A DNA stretch of 64,000 nucleotides from an uncultured Verrucomicrobiae bacterium. GTDB taxonomy: Bacteria > Verrucomicrobiota > Verrucomicrobiia > Chthoniobacterales > JAFAMB01. Position numbers and translations under genes: made by a program. The notes under the pieces were generated by a model that searched no databases, was not told the DNA's origin, and saw nothing but the letters and a program-made list of their open reading frames with translations. The DNA is taken from NCBI GenBank assembly GCA_963762565.1, contig CAVXLD010000001.1, positions 480,001 to 544,000 of the forward strand. Direction: 5' to 3'. Below, one piece after another: positions 37,552 through 47,706 of this stretch. Every line of letters begins with the position of its first letter. Position 1 is the stretch's first letter.

Positions 37552-37743
37552 TCACGCTCGCCCGCGGTCGTTCGCTGCGTTCGCCGCTTCTCGGGCCACA
37601 AAAACAAATCTGGCCACATGGGAAAGCCAGGTCAGACGCTGCTCGGCTGACATGGAAGCGAACTCGGTGTGACCGTCGAAGTCCGCTGGTTCGAGATTCA
37701 TGAACCGGGGAACAACCCTACTAGTCTCGAGTTCTTCCTTCAT
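37552..37743 (-). CDS. Small hypothetical protein
   Basis: 63 aa, overlaps the nucleotidyltransferase stop; MSAEQRLTWL motif. Confidence 0.6.
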   Translation of the reverse strand: MKEELETSRVVPRFMNLEPADFDGHTEFASMSAEQRLTWLSHVARFVFVAREAANAANDRGRA

Positions 37744-38254
37744 CGTTGCGTTCTTTTGCTTCCAATTCAGTCAATGCACGGATGTCGTTAATATCCTTCT
37801 CCCGAACCGGCCGAACGCGGCTTTTCATCTCAATCAACTTGCGACGAGAAGCTACCCGGATCACGTGGGCCCGAATTTCTAGCAGATACGCATCTGCAAT
37901 CAGATCGTCAAAACTATTCTCTCGGGTGAGAAACAAATCTATCTGGCGATAAGGCTCTTGCGGACTCCAGAAGGTGAACACCAAAGCATTCTTCTCTCTT
38001 ATCAAGGCACCGATACTTTCTCGATCGAGAATGATGTCTGCCGGGACTGGGGCTCTGGGGACCAGTTGAAGGCTGGTCATGGCCTCCAGAAACCGGCGCA
38101 AGTTATCAGGTTCTAACGAAACCGCGACATCGAGATCGAGCGTGGTCCGTTCAACTCCGTGAAGCACCATGGCAACGCCGCCCGCCACCACGAAATCGAC
38201 GTGATGGTCGCTCAGCGCGGAAAGAATCTCGACCAGGTGACTTTCTTGAGACAT
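37721..38254 (-). CDS. Nucleotidyltransferase-fold protein
   Basis: VVAGGVAMVLHG..RTTLDLD, IDLF, LIEMK...REKD..DI. Confidence 0.8.
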   Translation of the reverse strand: MSQESHLVEILSALSDHHVDFVVAGGVAMVLHGVERTTLDLDVAVSLEPDNLRRFLEAMTSLQLVPRAPVPADIILDRESIGALIREKNALVFTFWSPQEPYRQIDLFLTRENSFDDLIADAYLLEIRAHVIRVASRRKLIEMKSRVRPVREKDINDIRALTELEAKERNDEGRTRD

Positions 38255-38350
38255 AGCGCGCGGTAGGGACGGGCTCCTGCTCATTCGCAGGTAGGTATCA
38301 AAAGCTCCACGATTGGCGGATGAGCAGGAGCCCGTCCCTACCGCGCGCTA
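38254..38350. repeat. GTAG-type REP doublet filling the intergenic space
   Basis: tagcgcgcggtagggacgggctcctgctca / tgagcaggagcccgtccctaccgcgcgcta perfect IR. Confidence 0.85.
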
Positions 38351-41300
38351 CTCCTCATTCCATTGCCGTTTCAGCGCCTTTTTCGCGGCATCCTTCTCGC
38401 TGTCAAAACGGCTCATTCGGTTCTCTAAAACCTGCTTCTTATATTTCCATTGCTCTTTCACCTCGCCCGAACTGTGATCGATCCAGTAATCGACGTACTT
38501 CCTTTCCTGCTTCATCTCGTTTTTCTTGGCGTCCCATTGAGCATCGAACTTTCTGTAAGCCTCATCCCTAGCGTGTTCCCAATCCTCCTTGGTCCGGTAG
38601 GCAGGACTCGGGGTTGCTCTAGGTCGAGAAGTTGCACTCGGCCTGGGCGCAGCGGCTTCAGTTTCTGTTGGAGCCGGAGTCGTCTCGTTAGTCGTACCCG
38701 GCCTGCCTTCAAAGACGGTGTTGGTCGGTTTGCTCGGAGGTCCACTAGGACTGACTGGCGTTTCCACCGGACTCGCTCGCGGCACTTGTTCTTGCGAATT
38801 GTTAGCCGGAGTGGCCGCGGGTTCGCCGGAAGGCGTGCCTCCAAACGTAAACTCTAACACGACCCGTTTCCCAGCCTGGATATCTGCGGTACGCACCTGA
38901 TCCGGACGCCCCTCGACCTTAACCTCAACAGGCTGCTTACTGGGCGGCAAAATCCCTTCGATCGGCGGTCTTCCCATCTCGATCCCTCCGATCACCACGT
39001 CTGCATCAGGCCGGTCGCACGTCACCGATAACAATCCGTAGGTAAGTTTGAATTCCACTACCGTATTCCCACTCGGGTCGACAGTGAAACGTTGGGTAAC
39101 AGGCGTGAGCGAGCCAATTTTCGACGTCAACTCGATTTGTCCCGAAGGAAGGTTTGCAGTTAATGGAGTCTGACCTAAGGCCGTTCCAGCGAAATAAATG
39201 GTGGCGCCCGTCGGATCACTTTTCAGCGAGACGTTTACTCCCTGGTAACTATGCTGGACATTGACGGAGGCCCCTTGGGTCAAGTCGATGTCCTTGACGA
39301 CGTCCGGCCAACCAGGTCGTTTAAGTGTCACCTGGTATTTTCCGGTTGGCATATTGTCCACTGTTATAGGGGTTATCCCGGAGGTCGTCTTCTGGTTTGC
39401 ACCATTGATTTCAAATGGCACACCGGGCGGATTCGTTTTCACAACAAATTGTCCCGTCTCCCGAGTTAACGAAATCAAACCGAGATTATTGATCGTTCCT
39501 TCCGTGACGGTGACTTCGACCGACCTACTGACGTAACCCGGGAATTGCAATTCAAGCGTTTGCTTCCCCGTGGGTAAACGGTAATTGGCGAGAGGGGTGG
39601 TACCAATTGGCTGTCCTTTCAATTGCACAGAGGCGCCGGACGGTTTGGTTTCAAGCGTCACGAAACCTTCGTGGGTAACCTCCTTAGGAACTGGGGCCTG
39701 ACGATTTAGGAAGAAGCTGATACCGACTACCATCCCCAGCGCAGCCAAGCCAAACAGAACAATAGCGAGTGTAATGGCACGCAATACCCAGGGAGACGTG
39801 ACCGCTCGCGGCCCGTCCTCCTCCAACTCGGACAGCCCTGGTCCCGATGGAACTTGCGTCGGTACCACCGTCCCATACGTGTCGCTTCCTCCTTCTCCAG
39901 GCTGAGCCGGATTCCGGGAGACAAATACGCCAGTCGGCATTTTGGAGTGTGCCTCGCCTGCCCCGTCGCTCCGAGTTGGCGCGACAGGCAAGACGCCGAC
40001 TTCCTGGCTACCGCTGACGTGACCGTGGTACAGACCCGCACCAGCAACCGGAGCCAACGGCGGTACGTCTGCAGATTCGGCGCGATCGAGTTCGGTTAGA
40101 AATTCAACCGCTGATGGAAAGCGCGTCGGCTCGATTACACCCGGCCTTAGAACCGTGTTACCCGCCTCCGAAAGAGCCGGAACTGGCGCAAACCGGGCCG
40201 GGCTCCCAGGTGCAGGTTCTCCGTAATGAGAAACCCCGCCCAAGAGTTCGTAAATTAATTGAGCCAACGGTCCGACCGGGTTTTTGATTAACTCCCAGGC
40301 CATCAATGGGCGAACCATGGTCTCGGCTGGGGCCGGCAGCTTCGCCCCCTGAATGCCAGCGGTCGCCAACGCATCCACCTTAATTATGAACGGAGGCCAG
40401 GTCTCCACCGGCGCTTTCCGAAGCGCGTCGAGATCTTCGTTCGGGTGAGCCGGTTCAATTTTAACATCCCCGACGGCGATCGAGCCGAGCAACAGCTCTC
40501 GATCAGCCAAAAAATCGAGTAACTTGGCTAGCGGCTGCACCAAGCGAAAGGTTTCGGGCCAACGCAATTCGCCCCGAGAACGCAACAACTCTTGGAACGT
40601 GAATCCTCGAGTGCATTCGCTCACCAGCAAAAGGCCGTCATCAGTCGATTCCAGCCCGTAGACCGCGGTCAAATTCGGGTGGTGAACGTTGCGCAATTTA
40701 GCAACCTCGGCCCGAAGGGATTCCATTTGCAGTTGATCGTTCAGACCAGGACCGGCAAACGGCCTAAGCGCTACCACCCGGTTCGTCTGCAGATCTTTAG
40801 CTTTAAAGAGTGAAGGCGGTAATCGCTCCAGAACTTCGTAGCGATTTGAGATGATTTGCCCCGTAGCATAACTGCGCGAGTTGACGCCGGCGGCTGTTGC
40901 AGCCGGATCCGTCCCTGTCAGCATACCAGAAAGTTCGCCGCTTTCAGAGTCAGCCAGAATTTCATCAAGCGCTTGCTTGAGCTGAACCGCCGTCTGAAAG
41001 CGATCTTCGGGCCTCTTGGCTAACATTCTCTGCAGCAATTCTGCCACCTTCGGGTTAAACGAATGCAGCACGTCCTGTGGCAGTTCTGATCCTAAGTGTT
41101 GATGGATCACACTCGCCATCGATCCTTCATAGAGCGGCCGGCCCACCAGCATGAACCAAAGAGTTGCTCCCAGCGAATAAATGTCGGAACGCGCATCGGT
41201 TTCACGTTCTTCCAGCTGTTCGGGGCTGGCGAAATGAGGCGTACCAACGAAACCACCTATAGTCACGGTGACCGATTTGTCGGAAGACGGTCCGACTGAT

Positions 41301-41803
41301 TTAGCCAACCCGAAATCGATCACTTTGACCAACAGATGTTCCTCGTCTGCCTCATTAACCAGCATGAGGTTGGAGGGCTTGATATCCCGATGGACCAATT
41401 TCTGACGCTCCGCAGCGACCAGAGCACGAGCTACCTGGCGGGCGATTCGCAAGGCCAGCTCAGGTCGAAACGGCCCTTCCCGGCGTATCCGGCTCTCGAC
41501 GGTTTCGCCGTCGACATATTCCATGGCGTAGAAGAAACTGTCTCCAGAGTTTCCAAGGTGAAACACGGTGGCAACATTCGGGTGCCGAAGCTGAGCTGCC
41601 GCGCGGGCTTCACGCACGAACCGTTGGCGGGCAGTATCTGAAGAGAGAAATTGCGGATTGATTACCTTAAGGGCGACATCGCACCTGAGGTTGGTATCGA
41701 ACGCCTTGTAAGTAACACCCATTGCGCCCCGGCCCAGTTCCCAAGGGCTACCATCCGGATGACTTAGCACCTGGAAGTGCTCGAACTTCTCAGCTTCAGG
41801 CAT
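38348..41803 (-). CDS. Hanks-type Ser/Thr kinase with degenerate second kinase domain, TM and PEGA repeats
   Basis: LGRGAMG, VALK, HRDIKPSN, DFG, GTPHFASPE; repeated PSGA...GTTPL PEGA motifs. Confidence 0.9.
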   Translation of the reverse strand: MPEAEKFEHFQVLSHPDGSPWELGRGAMGVTYKAFDTNLRCDVALKVINPQFLSSDTARQRFVREARAAAQLRHPNVATVFHLGNSGDSFFYAMEYVDGETVESRIRREGPFRPELALRIARQVARALVAAERQKLVHRDIKPSNLMLVNEADEEHLLVKVIDFGLAKSVGPSSDKSVTVTIGGFVGTPHFASPEQLEERETDARSDIYSLGATLWFMLVGRPLYEGSMASVIHQHLGSELPQDVLHSFNPKVAELLQRMLAKRPEDRFQTAVQLKQALDEILADSESGELSGMLTGTDPAATAAGVNSRSYATGQIISNRYEVLERLPPSLFKAKDLQTNRVVALRPFAGPGLNDQLQMESLRAEVAKLRNVHHPNLTAVYGLESTDDGLLLVSECTRGFTFQELLRSRGELRWPETFRLVQPLAKLLDFLADRELLLGSIAVGDVKIEPAHPNEDLDALRKAPVETWPPFIIKVDALATAGIQGAKLPAPAETMVRPLMAWELIKNPVGPLAQLIYELLGGVSHYGEPAPGSPARFAPVPALSEAGNTVLRPGVIEPTRFPSAVEFLTELDRAESADVPPLAPVAGAGLYHGHVSGSQEVGVLPVAPTRSDGAGEAHSKMPTGVFVSRNPAQPGEGGSDTYGTVVPTQVPSGPGLSELEEDGPRAVTSPWVLRAITLAIVLFGLAALGMVVGISFFLNRQAPVPKEVTHEGFVTLETKPSGASVQLKGQPIGTTPLANYRLPTGKQTLELQFPGYVSRSVEVTVTEGTINNLGLISLTRETGQFVVKTNPPGVPFEINGANQKTTSGITPITVDNMPTGKYQVTLKRPGWPDVVKDIDLTQGASVNVQHSYQGVNVSLKSDPTGATIYFAGTALGQTPLTANLPSGQIELTSKIGSLTPVTQRFTVDPSGNTVVEFKLTYGLLSVTCDRPDADVVIGGIEMGRPPIEGILPPSKQPVEVKVEGRPDQVRTADIQAGKRVVLEFTFGGTPSGEPAATPANNSQEQVPRASPVETPVSPSGPPSKPTNTVFEGRPGTTNETTPAPTETEAAAPRPSATSRPRATPSPAYRTKEDWEHARDEAYRKFDAQWDAKKNEMKQERKYVDYWIDHSSGEVKEQWKYKKQVLENRMSRFDSEKDAAKKALKRQWNEE

Positions 41804-41941
41804 TGCCAGCCAACACTATACCCGGCAAGCCTCTTGGCAAATGGAGGGAAGGGCCTCGCGGCGCGCGGGGACGCGCGCCCTCCCCGATTTGCACCCGCGT
41901 TGCTTCTAGGACAAATGCTTCGCGCGCTTACGGAATACAGA

Positions 41942-42406
41942 TTACTGCGGTTTATCGATATATAACCGATTCGGATCAGTAGCATTCGGATCTCGAAAGA
42001 TTCGAGGCGGGTTGCCGGAAATCACCTTGTAGCCGGTCAAAACAAATTCCGGATAAAATTGATTTGAAGCCGGTTCATACACGGTTTGACCGGAGAAATA
42101 ACCTTCCAAGCGGTACTCAGTATTATTATCCGAACCCATCGCGTCCGCGGCCCGGTCAGGCGCGAGGGTTTTTTGTTCGTTCAACATGACCAATTGCGCC
42201 TGACTCCAAGGCTGCTGCGGCTTCCTGATGTAACCCCAGAAGAAATAGTTCCGCCGATACAAACGCCGCCCGATGAAGTAATCGCCGGGCTGCTCGGCGG
42301 CGATACTTTGCGTTAGCACCGCCTGTTGGGCGGCCCATTGATCTTCAACACATGCGGCTAGGAAAACCGTAGCTAGAAAGGCAATCCCCAGAGAAAAACG
42401 ACTCAT
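41942..42406 (-). CDS. Hypothetical lipoprotein
   Basis: Lipobox FLAAC; aromatic-rich globular domain. Confidence 0.75.
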   Translation of the reverse strand: MSRFSLGIAFLATVFLAACVEDQWAAQQAVLTQSIAAEQPGDYFIGRRLYRRNYFFWGYIRKPQQPWSQAQLVMLNEQKTLAPDRAADAMGSDNNTEYRLEGYFSGQTVYEPASNQFYPEFVLTGYKVISGNPPRIFRDPNATDPNRLYIDKPQ

Positions 42407-42455
42407 GTTGGTCCTAGTGCATCGAATCATAAGTAGGAGGCGTACCGCCGTCGGT

Positions 42456-42660
42456 CAGTTGGCTGATTTTCAAGGCGCGAACGACGAGCATATCTAAAAC
42501 CGATACGTAAGGAGTGAGCAACGCAGAAAATCAGCCAACTGGCCACGGCCCGAAGGGTTGGCTTGAAAAGGGTCCGTCTGCTTCGTTGTTCGTTCGTTAC
42601 GTATCGGCATCGGATATGCTCCTCACTCACGCCTCGCATCCAGACCCTTTTGAAGCCAAC
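42456..42660. mobile_element. Two MITE-like elements in opposite orientation (42456-42541, 42557-42660)
   Basis: TIRs cagttggctgatttt/aaaatcagccaactg and gttggcttgaaaagggtc/gacccttttgaagccaac; shared internal ttacgtatcgg....gatatgctc. Confidence 0.65.
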
Positions 42661-42722
42661 GGTATGCGTCCTACTGATGACTCGATGCACTGCACTTATT
42701 CACCAAATCATCAACCGGCAAA

Positions 42723-43160
42723 TCAATTGCCGTGGGCTTGGTGTTTTATCCGAGCCAAAAGCTCCGGTTTTTCTTGTAGAGTCGAGACCAAGGCCTCGAT
42801 CGCGTGTAACGTCTGTGGACTGATATGGTGTTCCATTCCTTCCACATCGTGGTAGATGACGTCCTCCTCGATCCCGAGCATCCTTAGAAAATCAGCCAGC
42901 AGTTGATGCCGCCGCATGATGTTCCGAGCTAGCGTCTCCCCAGCGGTCGTCAAAACGAGCCCACGATATTTCTCGTATTTGAGCAGACCCTCAGAATCGA
43001 GGCGCTGCACCATGTTCGTCACGCTGGCTTGTGAAATCTTGAGCCCAAGGGCAATATCGGCGACGCGGGCGTATCCCTTCGTATTAATTAAATCTAGGAT
43101 TTGCTCGAGGTAGTCCTCGACAGTCGAAGATCTCGCCACCGGAGCCGAGTTTTCGGGCAT
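42723..43160 (-). CDS. mntR: DtxR/MntR family metal-dependent regulator
   Basis: EDYLE, ARVADIA, ASVTNM, YEKYRG, RRH, DVEGMEHHIS. Confidence 0.9.
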   Translation of the reverse strand: MPENSAPVARSSTVEDYLEQILDLINTKGYARVADIALGLKISQASVTNMVQRLDSEGLLKYEKYRGLVLTTAGETLARNIMRRHQLLADFLRMLGIEEDVIYHDVEGMEHHISPQTLHAIEALVSTLQEKPELLARIKHQAHGN

Positions 43161-43343
43161 ACTGTAAACGATTATGCTCTGGAGCAACACGGGTTGCAAG
43201 CCAGGCGAAGGGGGCGCGAGACGGCGAATGGGCGAGACGGCGAATAGGCGAGTTCGAGGCGCGACAGAACCGGAGCTATCGATTCGCGCCTTTATTCGCC
43301 CCATCGCCGTTTCGCCGGTGCGCCGGTTCGCCGTGTCGCCCCC

Positions 43344-44474
43344 CTACCCGACCGACACCAACGCAGCGTTCACTTGGTGGTTAAAGCCGACGCTGGTCAC
43401 CAACAACTCACTCCCGTGGATCTCCGTCACATCACGGGTAACGGTCGGAAGCCTGTTACCTGCATGCAACGTCGGCGGAAGTTTCTGCTCTTCGAGCGCG
43501 AACTTCGCTAAAACCAATTGCAACAACGCACTGGCCCCAAGGGACTCTCCAATAGCAGGTTTATGGGCATAAACTGGAACCGAATCAAATCGCGCCCTGA
43601 AAACGCCTTCTTCAACTCCATCTGCAAAGGTCCCGTTTGCGCTGGAAAGAATTCCGGCCGGTGTACGCCCAACGCACACCTGAGCAACCAATTCTGAGAG
43701 AGAAGCCGGGGCCTCTTTCTGCGAAAAGAAAGGCAAGCCGGCGGAGGTCATTAACCGCAAAGAACCGGTTCGGCTTAAAACCGCGGCGGCTGCACTCTCG
43801 GCTAGAATGGTACCTGGCCTGGACCCGAATACCGGGAACCAAGAACGATTGCTAGCCATCCGCCATGTGGCGAATCCATCTGCTAATACCCAGTCGGCTT
43901 CTTCTACCCCGACCACGACGCAGAACGGGAGAGCCGGATCAATCGCTAAAAGCTGGGCAGCGAAATGGAGCGCCGATAAACCGACCGAAGAATCGCCCAC
44001 TAAGGTATAGTCGCGGCCATCGATCTTTAGTATCGCGGCGAGATGGCTAGCGGGAGCATTGTAGACCGTTTCGGGGAAAAGGAGCGGACTGGCGACATTA
44101 GCCCCTTCGGTAAGCACCTCATGATAGAAGCGGCGGGTATAAACAACTCCGCCACAAGCAATGGCGAACACGATCGCCCCGCGGTTTGCCGCTTCCAATG
44201 GGATGCCAGCATCTGCCAGCGCTGCCAGCCCGGCCGTAACCCCAAGGAGCGAGATTTCGCCGGAACGCCGCAATCGAGGCTGGCGTCCAGCGGCAGCAGT
44301 GAATTTAGCCGGTACTGCGCTATAATAATAGGAGCGCCCGCCGAATCCCTTCGGCAGCGGCTGGCGAGGTGCTTCTGTGCCTCGGATCAGTTCGTCCCAA
44401 GTCTGCCCCGCATCAGGGGCAACCGGAGTAACGGCGCCAACTCCTTGAATGTAGAAACCAGATTTAAAATCCAC
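43344..44474 (-). CDS. Ketosynthase-fold protein lacking catalytic residues (chain-length-factor-like)
   Basis: SPLLFPETVYNAPAS; VGDSSVG, SSANGT, and KPAIGE replace the Cys/His/His sites. Confidence 0.8.
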   Translation of the reverse strand: MDFKSGFYIQGVGAVTPVAPDAGQTWDELIRGTEAPRQPLPKGFGGRSYYYSAVPAKFTAAAGRQPRLRRSGEISLLGVTAGLAALADAGIPLEAANRGAIVFAIACGGVVYTRRFYHEVLTEGANVASPLLFPETVYNAPASHLAAILKIDGRDYTLVGDSSVGLSALHFAAQLLAIDPALPFCVVVGVEEADWVLADGFATWRMASNRSWFPVFGSRPGTILAESAAAAVLSRTGSLRLMTSAGLPFFSQKEAPASLSELVAQVCVGRTPAGILSSANGTFADGVEEGVFRARFDSVPVYAHKPAIGESLGASALLQLVLAKFALEEQKLPPTLHAGNRLPTVTRDVTEIHGSELLVTSVGFNHQVNAALVSVG

Positions 44475-44790
44475 AGTTTTTCATCGCCCAGCGTGCAATC
44501 GCATCAAAATAAGGCCTCGCGCAGAGGTAAAGCATCAAAATAAGGGCCTCGCGCAGAGGGCGCAACGGACGCAGAGGGAAACGGCGAAGGGGCGAAACGG
44601 CGAAGGGGCGCCATCGTGCGCACAGGGTAGCACCCTTTCTGGCACACCTTCAGCGCTTGTTACCATTTTCTACGAATACCTAGGCCTGGCACACCTCAGC
44701 CCAGGCTAATTTCTCTAAGCACTTCGCGAGTTCGTTCGCCGTGTCACCCATTCGCCCAGCTCAGCCCACTCGCCCACTCGCCGTTTCGCC

Positions 44791-45987
44791 TCATGCGGCT
44801 TGCAGAACCAGGGTCGCGTTGGCGCCGCCGAACCCGAAAGAATTTGAGACCACCCGCCGGATCTTGGCCGGCTCTTCCTGATTGCCAACGACGCGAAAGG
44901 TCCAATCCGCCTCGGGTTCCCTGAAGTTAATATTCGGCGGAATAAACTGATGGAGAATCGCTAGCAAACTGAAAACCGCTTCAATCGCTCCGGCGCCCCC
45001 TAAAGCATGGCCCATCATCGATTTGGTCGAACTCATAGCGACACCCGGCATCAGTTCGGAGATCGCTTTGCCTTCAGTGGCATCATTAAATACCGTCGCG
45101 GTTCCATGCGCGTTCACGTAGTCGACGGACGCAGGATCCAGCTGGGCGTCGATTAACGCTCTTTCCATCGCCAGTTTCGGGCCAATCCCGGATGGGTCCG
45201 GTTGCGTCAGGTGATAGTTATCAGTGGAGACACCGTAACCAACGATCTGGCCTAACACGGTTGCACGTCGGGCGGCGGCTGCTTTTTCGGATTCAAGTAC
45301 GAGAATGGCCGCTCCTTCTCCCAGTACTAATCCATTCCGATCGCGGTCAAATGGCCTGATCTTGTCCGGAGTGGCCGCCTGCAGCGAATCGAACCCGGTA
45401 AACACCAGTTCGGATATCGGATCGTATCCGCCGCAGATGACGGAATCGTAAAATCCGGCCCGGACTAGTTGAAATGCGTGCCCGATAGCGTTCGTGCCGG
45501 ATGCACAGGCATTAGAGATGATCTGCGCCGGAATCCGCCAACCGAACTTTTCCTGAACATCCAACACCGGCTTTTGGGCCATATAGTTCGCTACCGCTTG
45601 AGCCGCGCCGGTCCGCCTTTTTGGTTCGAGTAAAGAACGATAGAAACGTTCACCGTTGGACATCCCACCACTCGAGGTAGAGATCACCATCATTTCCGGA
45701 AAGAATTGACCAGCAGTTCGGACCGCTTCCCGTGTTGCCTGCAGCATCATCAAAGAGCTACGATCCAGCCTCCGGTTCTTCCGCGTGGCCGGTTCTTTTA
45801 ACCAATCATCCGGCACCTGGCCGGCAGTCCGGCAGCGCGTCTTAGAAACATCGAAGGCAGTAACCGGAGAAACACAATCCGTTCCGTTTCGTAAATTTTT
45901 AAGATTGTCAGCATTGCCGCCGCCCAAAGGAGACACGATCCCATACCCGGTGATGAAAACCCGCTGCATTTTGGCGTTATCAGACAT
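44791..45987 (-). CDS. fabF: Beta-ketoacyl-ACP synthase (FabF-like)
   Basis: SNACASG, VNAHGTAT, KSMMGH, SNSFGFGG. Confidence 0.85.
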   Translation of the reverse strand: MSDNAKMQRVFITGYGIVSPLGGGNADNLKNLRNGTDCVSPVTAFDVSKTRCRTAGQVPDDWLKEPATRKNRRLDRSSLMMLQATREAVRTAGQFFPEMMVISTSSGGMSNGERFYRSLLEPKRRTGAAQAVANYMAQKPVLDVQEKFGWRIPAQIISNACASGTNAIGHAFQLVRAGFYDSVICGGYDPISELVFTGFDSLQAATPDKIRPFDRDRNGLVLGEGAAILVLESEKAAAARRATVLGQIVGYGVSTDNYHLTQPDPSGIGPKLAMERALIDAQLDPASVDYVNAHGTATVFNDATEGKAISELMPGVAMSSTKSMMGHALGGAGAIEAVFSLLAILHQFIPPNINFREPEADWTFRVVGNQEEPAKIRRVVSNSFGFGGANATLVLQAA

Positions 45988-46179
45988 TCGATCCTGCTGA
46001 ACAAGTCGTACACCCGTTGGACAATGCCGACAAAGGCGAATCGGCGAAAGGGCGAATGGGCGTGGGCCACGGCTCAGCACATTGCCTTGAATCGCCGTTT
46101 CGCCCACTCGCCCTTTCGCCCATTCACCTTGACGCCCATTCGCCTTTGACGGCGTTCCCGGCGTTGATTACGCTGCCCC

Positions 46180-46671
46180 ATGGCTCCCAGCGCGAGCGAA
46201 TCGCCCCGGTACCCCCTTCGGCGTTTTTGCTGGATGATGGCGAATGCTGCTCGTTGGAAATGCCCGACCTGCGGCCGGAGACCGATTTTTATTCCCTGGC
46301 ACCAGGTCAGAAGTCTCCAAGACTGGTTTATGCCCTTAGACGGTTGCCCGGAGTGCGGTTACCCGTACGAACGCGAGCCCGGTTATTTCCTGCTCTCTAT
46401 TTTTGCGATCAATTACGGGGGCGGCGCGTTGATCGGATTAGTCCTTTATTTGATTTTCGATTTCTGGATCAAACTTCCGATCTGGTTAACGTTAGTCCTG
46501 GCGATCACTCCGATCCCAATTTTCAATCTCTGGTTCGCCCGCCACTCCAAAGCGCTATTTATCGCGTTCGATCTTTTTTTGGATCCCCATCACCGAGATG
46601 ACGGGGACGGTGACGAACCCGCAGAGATGCCAAGTCCGAAACGGCCCCGGTTGGACCCAGTCAAACGCTGA
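46180..46671 (+). CDS. DUF983-like membrane protein
   Basis: CPTCG, CPECG..YEREPGYF, two TMs. Confidence 0.8.
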   Translation: MAPSASESPRYPLRRFCWMMANAARWKCPTCGRRPIFIPWHQVRSLQDWFMPLDGCPECGYPYEREPGYFLLSIFAINYGGGALIGLVLYLIFDFWIKLPIWLTLVLAITPIPIFNLWFARHSKALFIAFDLFLDPHHRDDGDGDEPAEMPSPKRPRLDPVKR

Positions 46672-46909
46672 TTGCCGTTTCCGAAGGACGGAACCATTTT
46701 AATGCGGCTCCCCTCCGCAAGGGGTGGTGCGTTCCCGAAATCACACTTCTCCGTAGGCTATAGCGCAATCCACAACTACAGGTCATCATTTGCCTGAAGG
46801 TCTTGTTTGATGGCAAATGGGACTATGTCCCTACCGTCAACACCGTTGAAATTTTAGAAATTCTTAAAAATTTATAGTTGACGCTCCCAACCGTATTTCA
46901 TATATCGCA

Positions 46910-47115
46910 GGACCAATCGCGTGGATTAAGGATCCCTATGGATGGGGTCTGCTCTGCTGCGGGGTAGACGTGAATTGAAGGCAATAAAAACCAGTTCAGT
47001 AACCCCAAGTCTATCACTTCGGTCCAGAGATCGCAGGAGGCAGCTCTGGCTTGAAGGAGGATGGCACATGGAATGTAAATATGCATCGACTCGAGCCACT
47101 CAACGCCGTTGGTCC
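46910..47115 (+). ncRNA. Candidate structured non-coding RNA (6S-sized)
   Basis: End-to-end pairing GGACCAA/TTGGTCC, inner stems, upstream TTGACG at 46878; strand uncertain. Confidence 0.35.
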
Positions 47116-47706
47116 AAAGGCTAGCCCTTCTTTAGTCCTCCCAGATCCTATTCCTACTTTCGGCTAGATCATTAGCGATCCGGATTAGATCCGGTTAGCA
47201 ACCTTCAGCTCGCGCGCGCTTCAACTTCGGCTCCAAGGCGGCTGTCGCCCTGAACCGATTCGCGCAGAGCGAGCCACGATCTTGTCTCTAAATCGCACAT
47301 TCGTGCGCGGCCCAGAGGCAGTGAGGAGGTGTCTCTCCTAACACAAGAACTCTCTCAAAACGGCGATAACTTACAACATCTAACTCTTTCTGTTATAGCC
47401 GCCGTGAAGCACCTGACTTTGGGCGGGGATCAACCGAATCACCAAATCGGTCATATAACAGCCTACATCCTCTGCCAGAGCCCAACGAGGCCACCAAGAT
47501 AGTTCTATCTCTGAGTGAAATTACCTAGAATTTTCAGGGCTTGAACTAACCAAAGATTTATACCGCAAAATTTTTTATAATAGTTCTTGTGTCCCAGCGC
47601 GCGCCCATGTTAGGTACGAACGCTTCCGGTGATACTGACGATCCTGAAATGTCTGTTCCGAGTTTCTCCCCTCCGCGTCTGAGGCACCGGATTCTTTACT
47701 AACCAT

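Noticed and set aside
42427..42855. Small protein genes between the lipoprotein gene and mntR
   Set aside because: The region is explained by two MITE-like elements and antisense overlap with mntR.
46672..47706. Known riboswitch, tmRNA, SRP RNA or RNase P
   Set aside because: None of their conserved sequence signatures could be recognised by eye; only the unassigned hairpin is reported.
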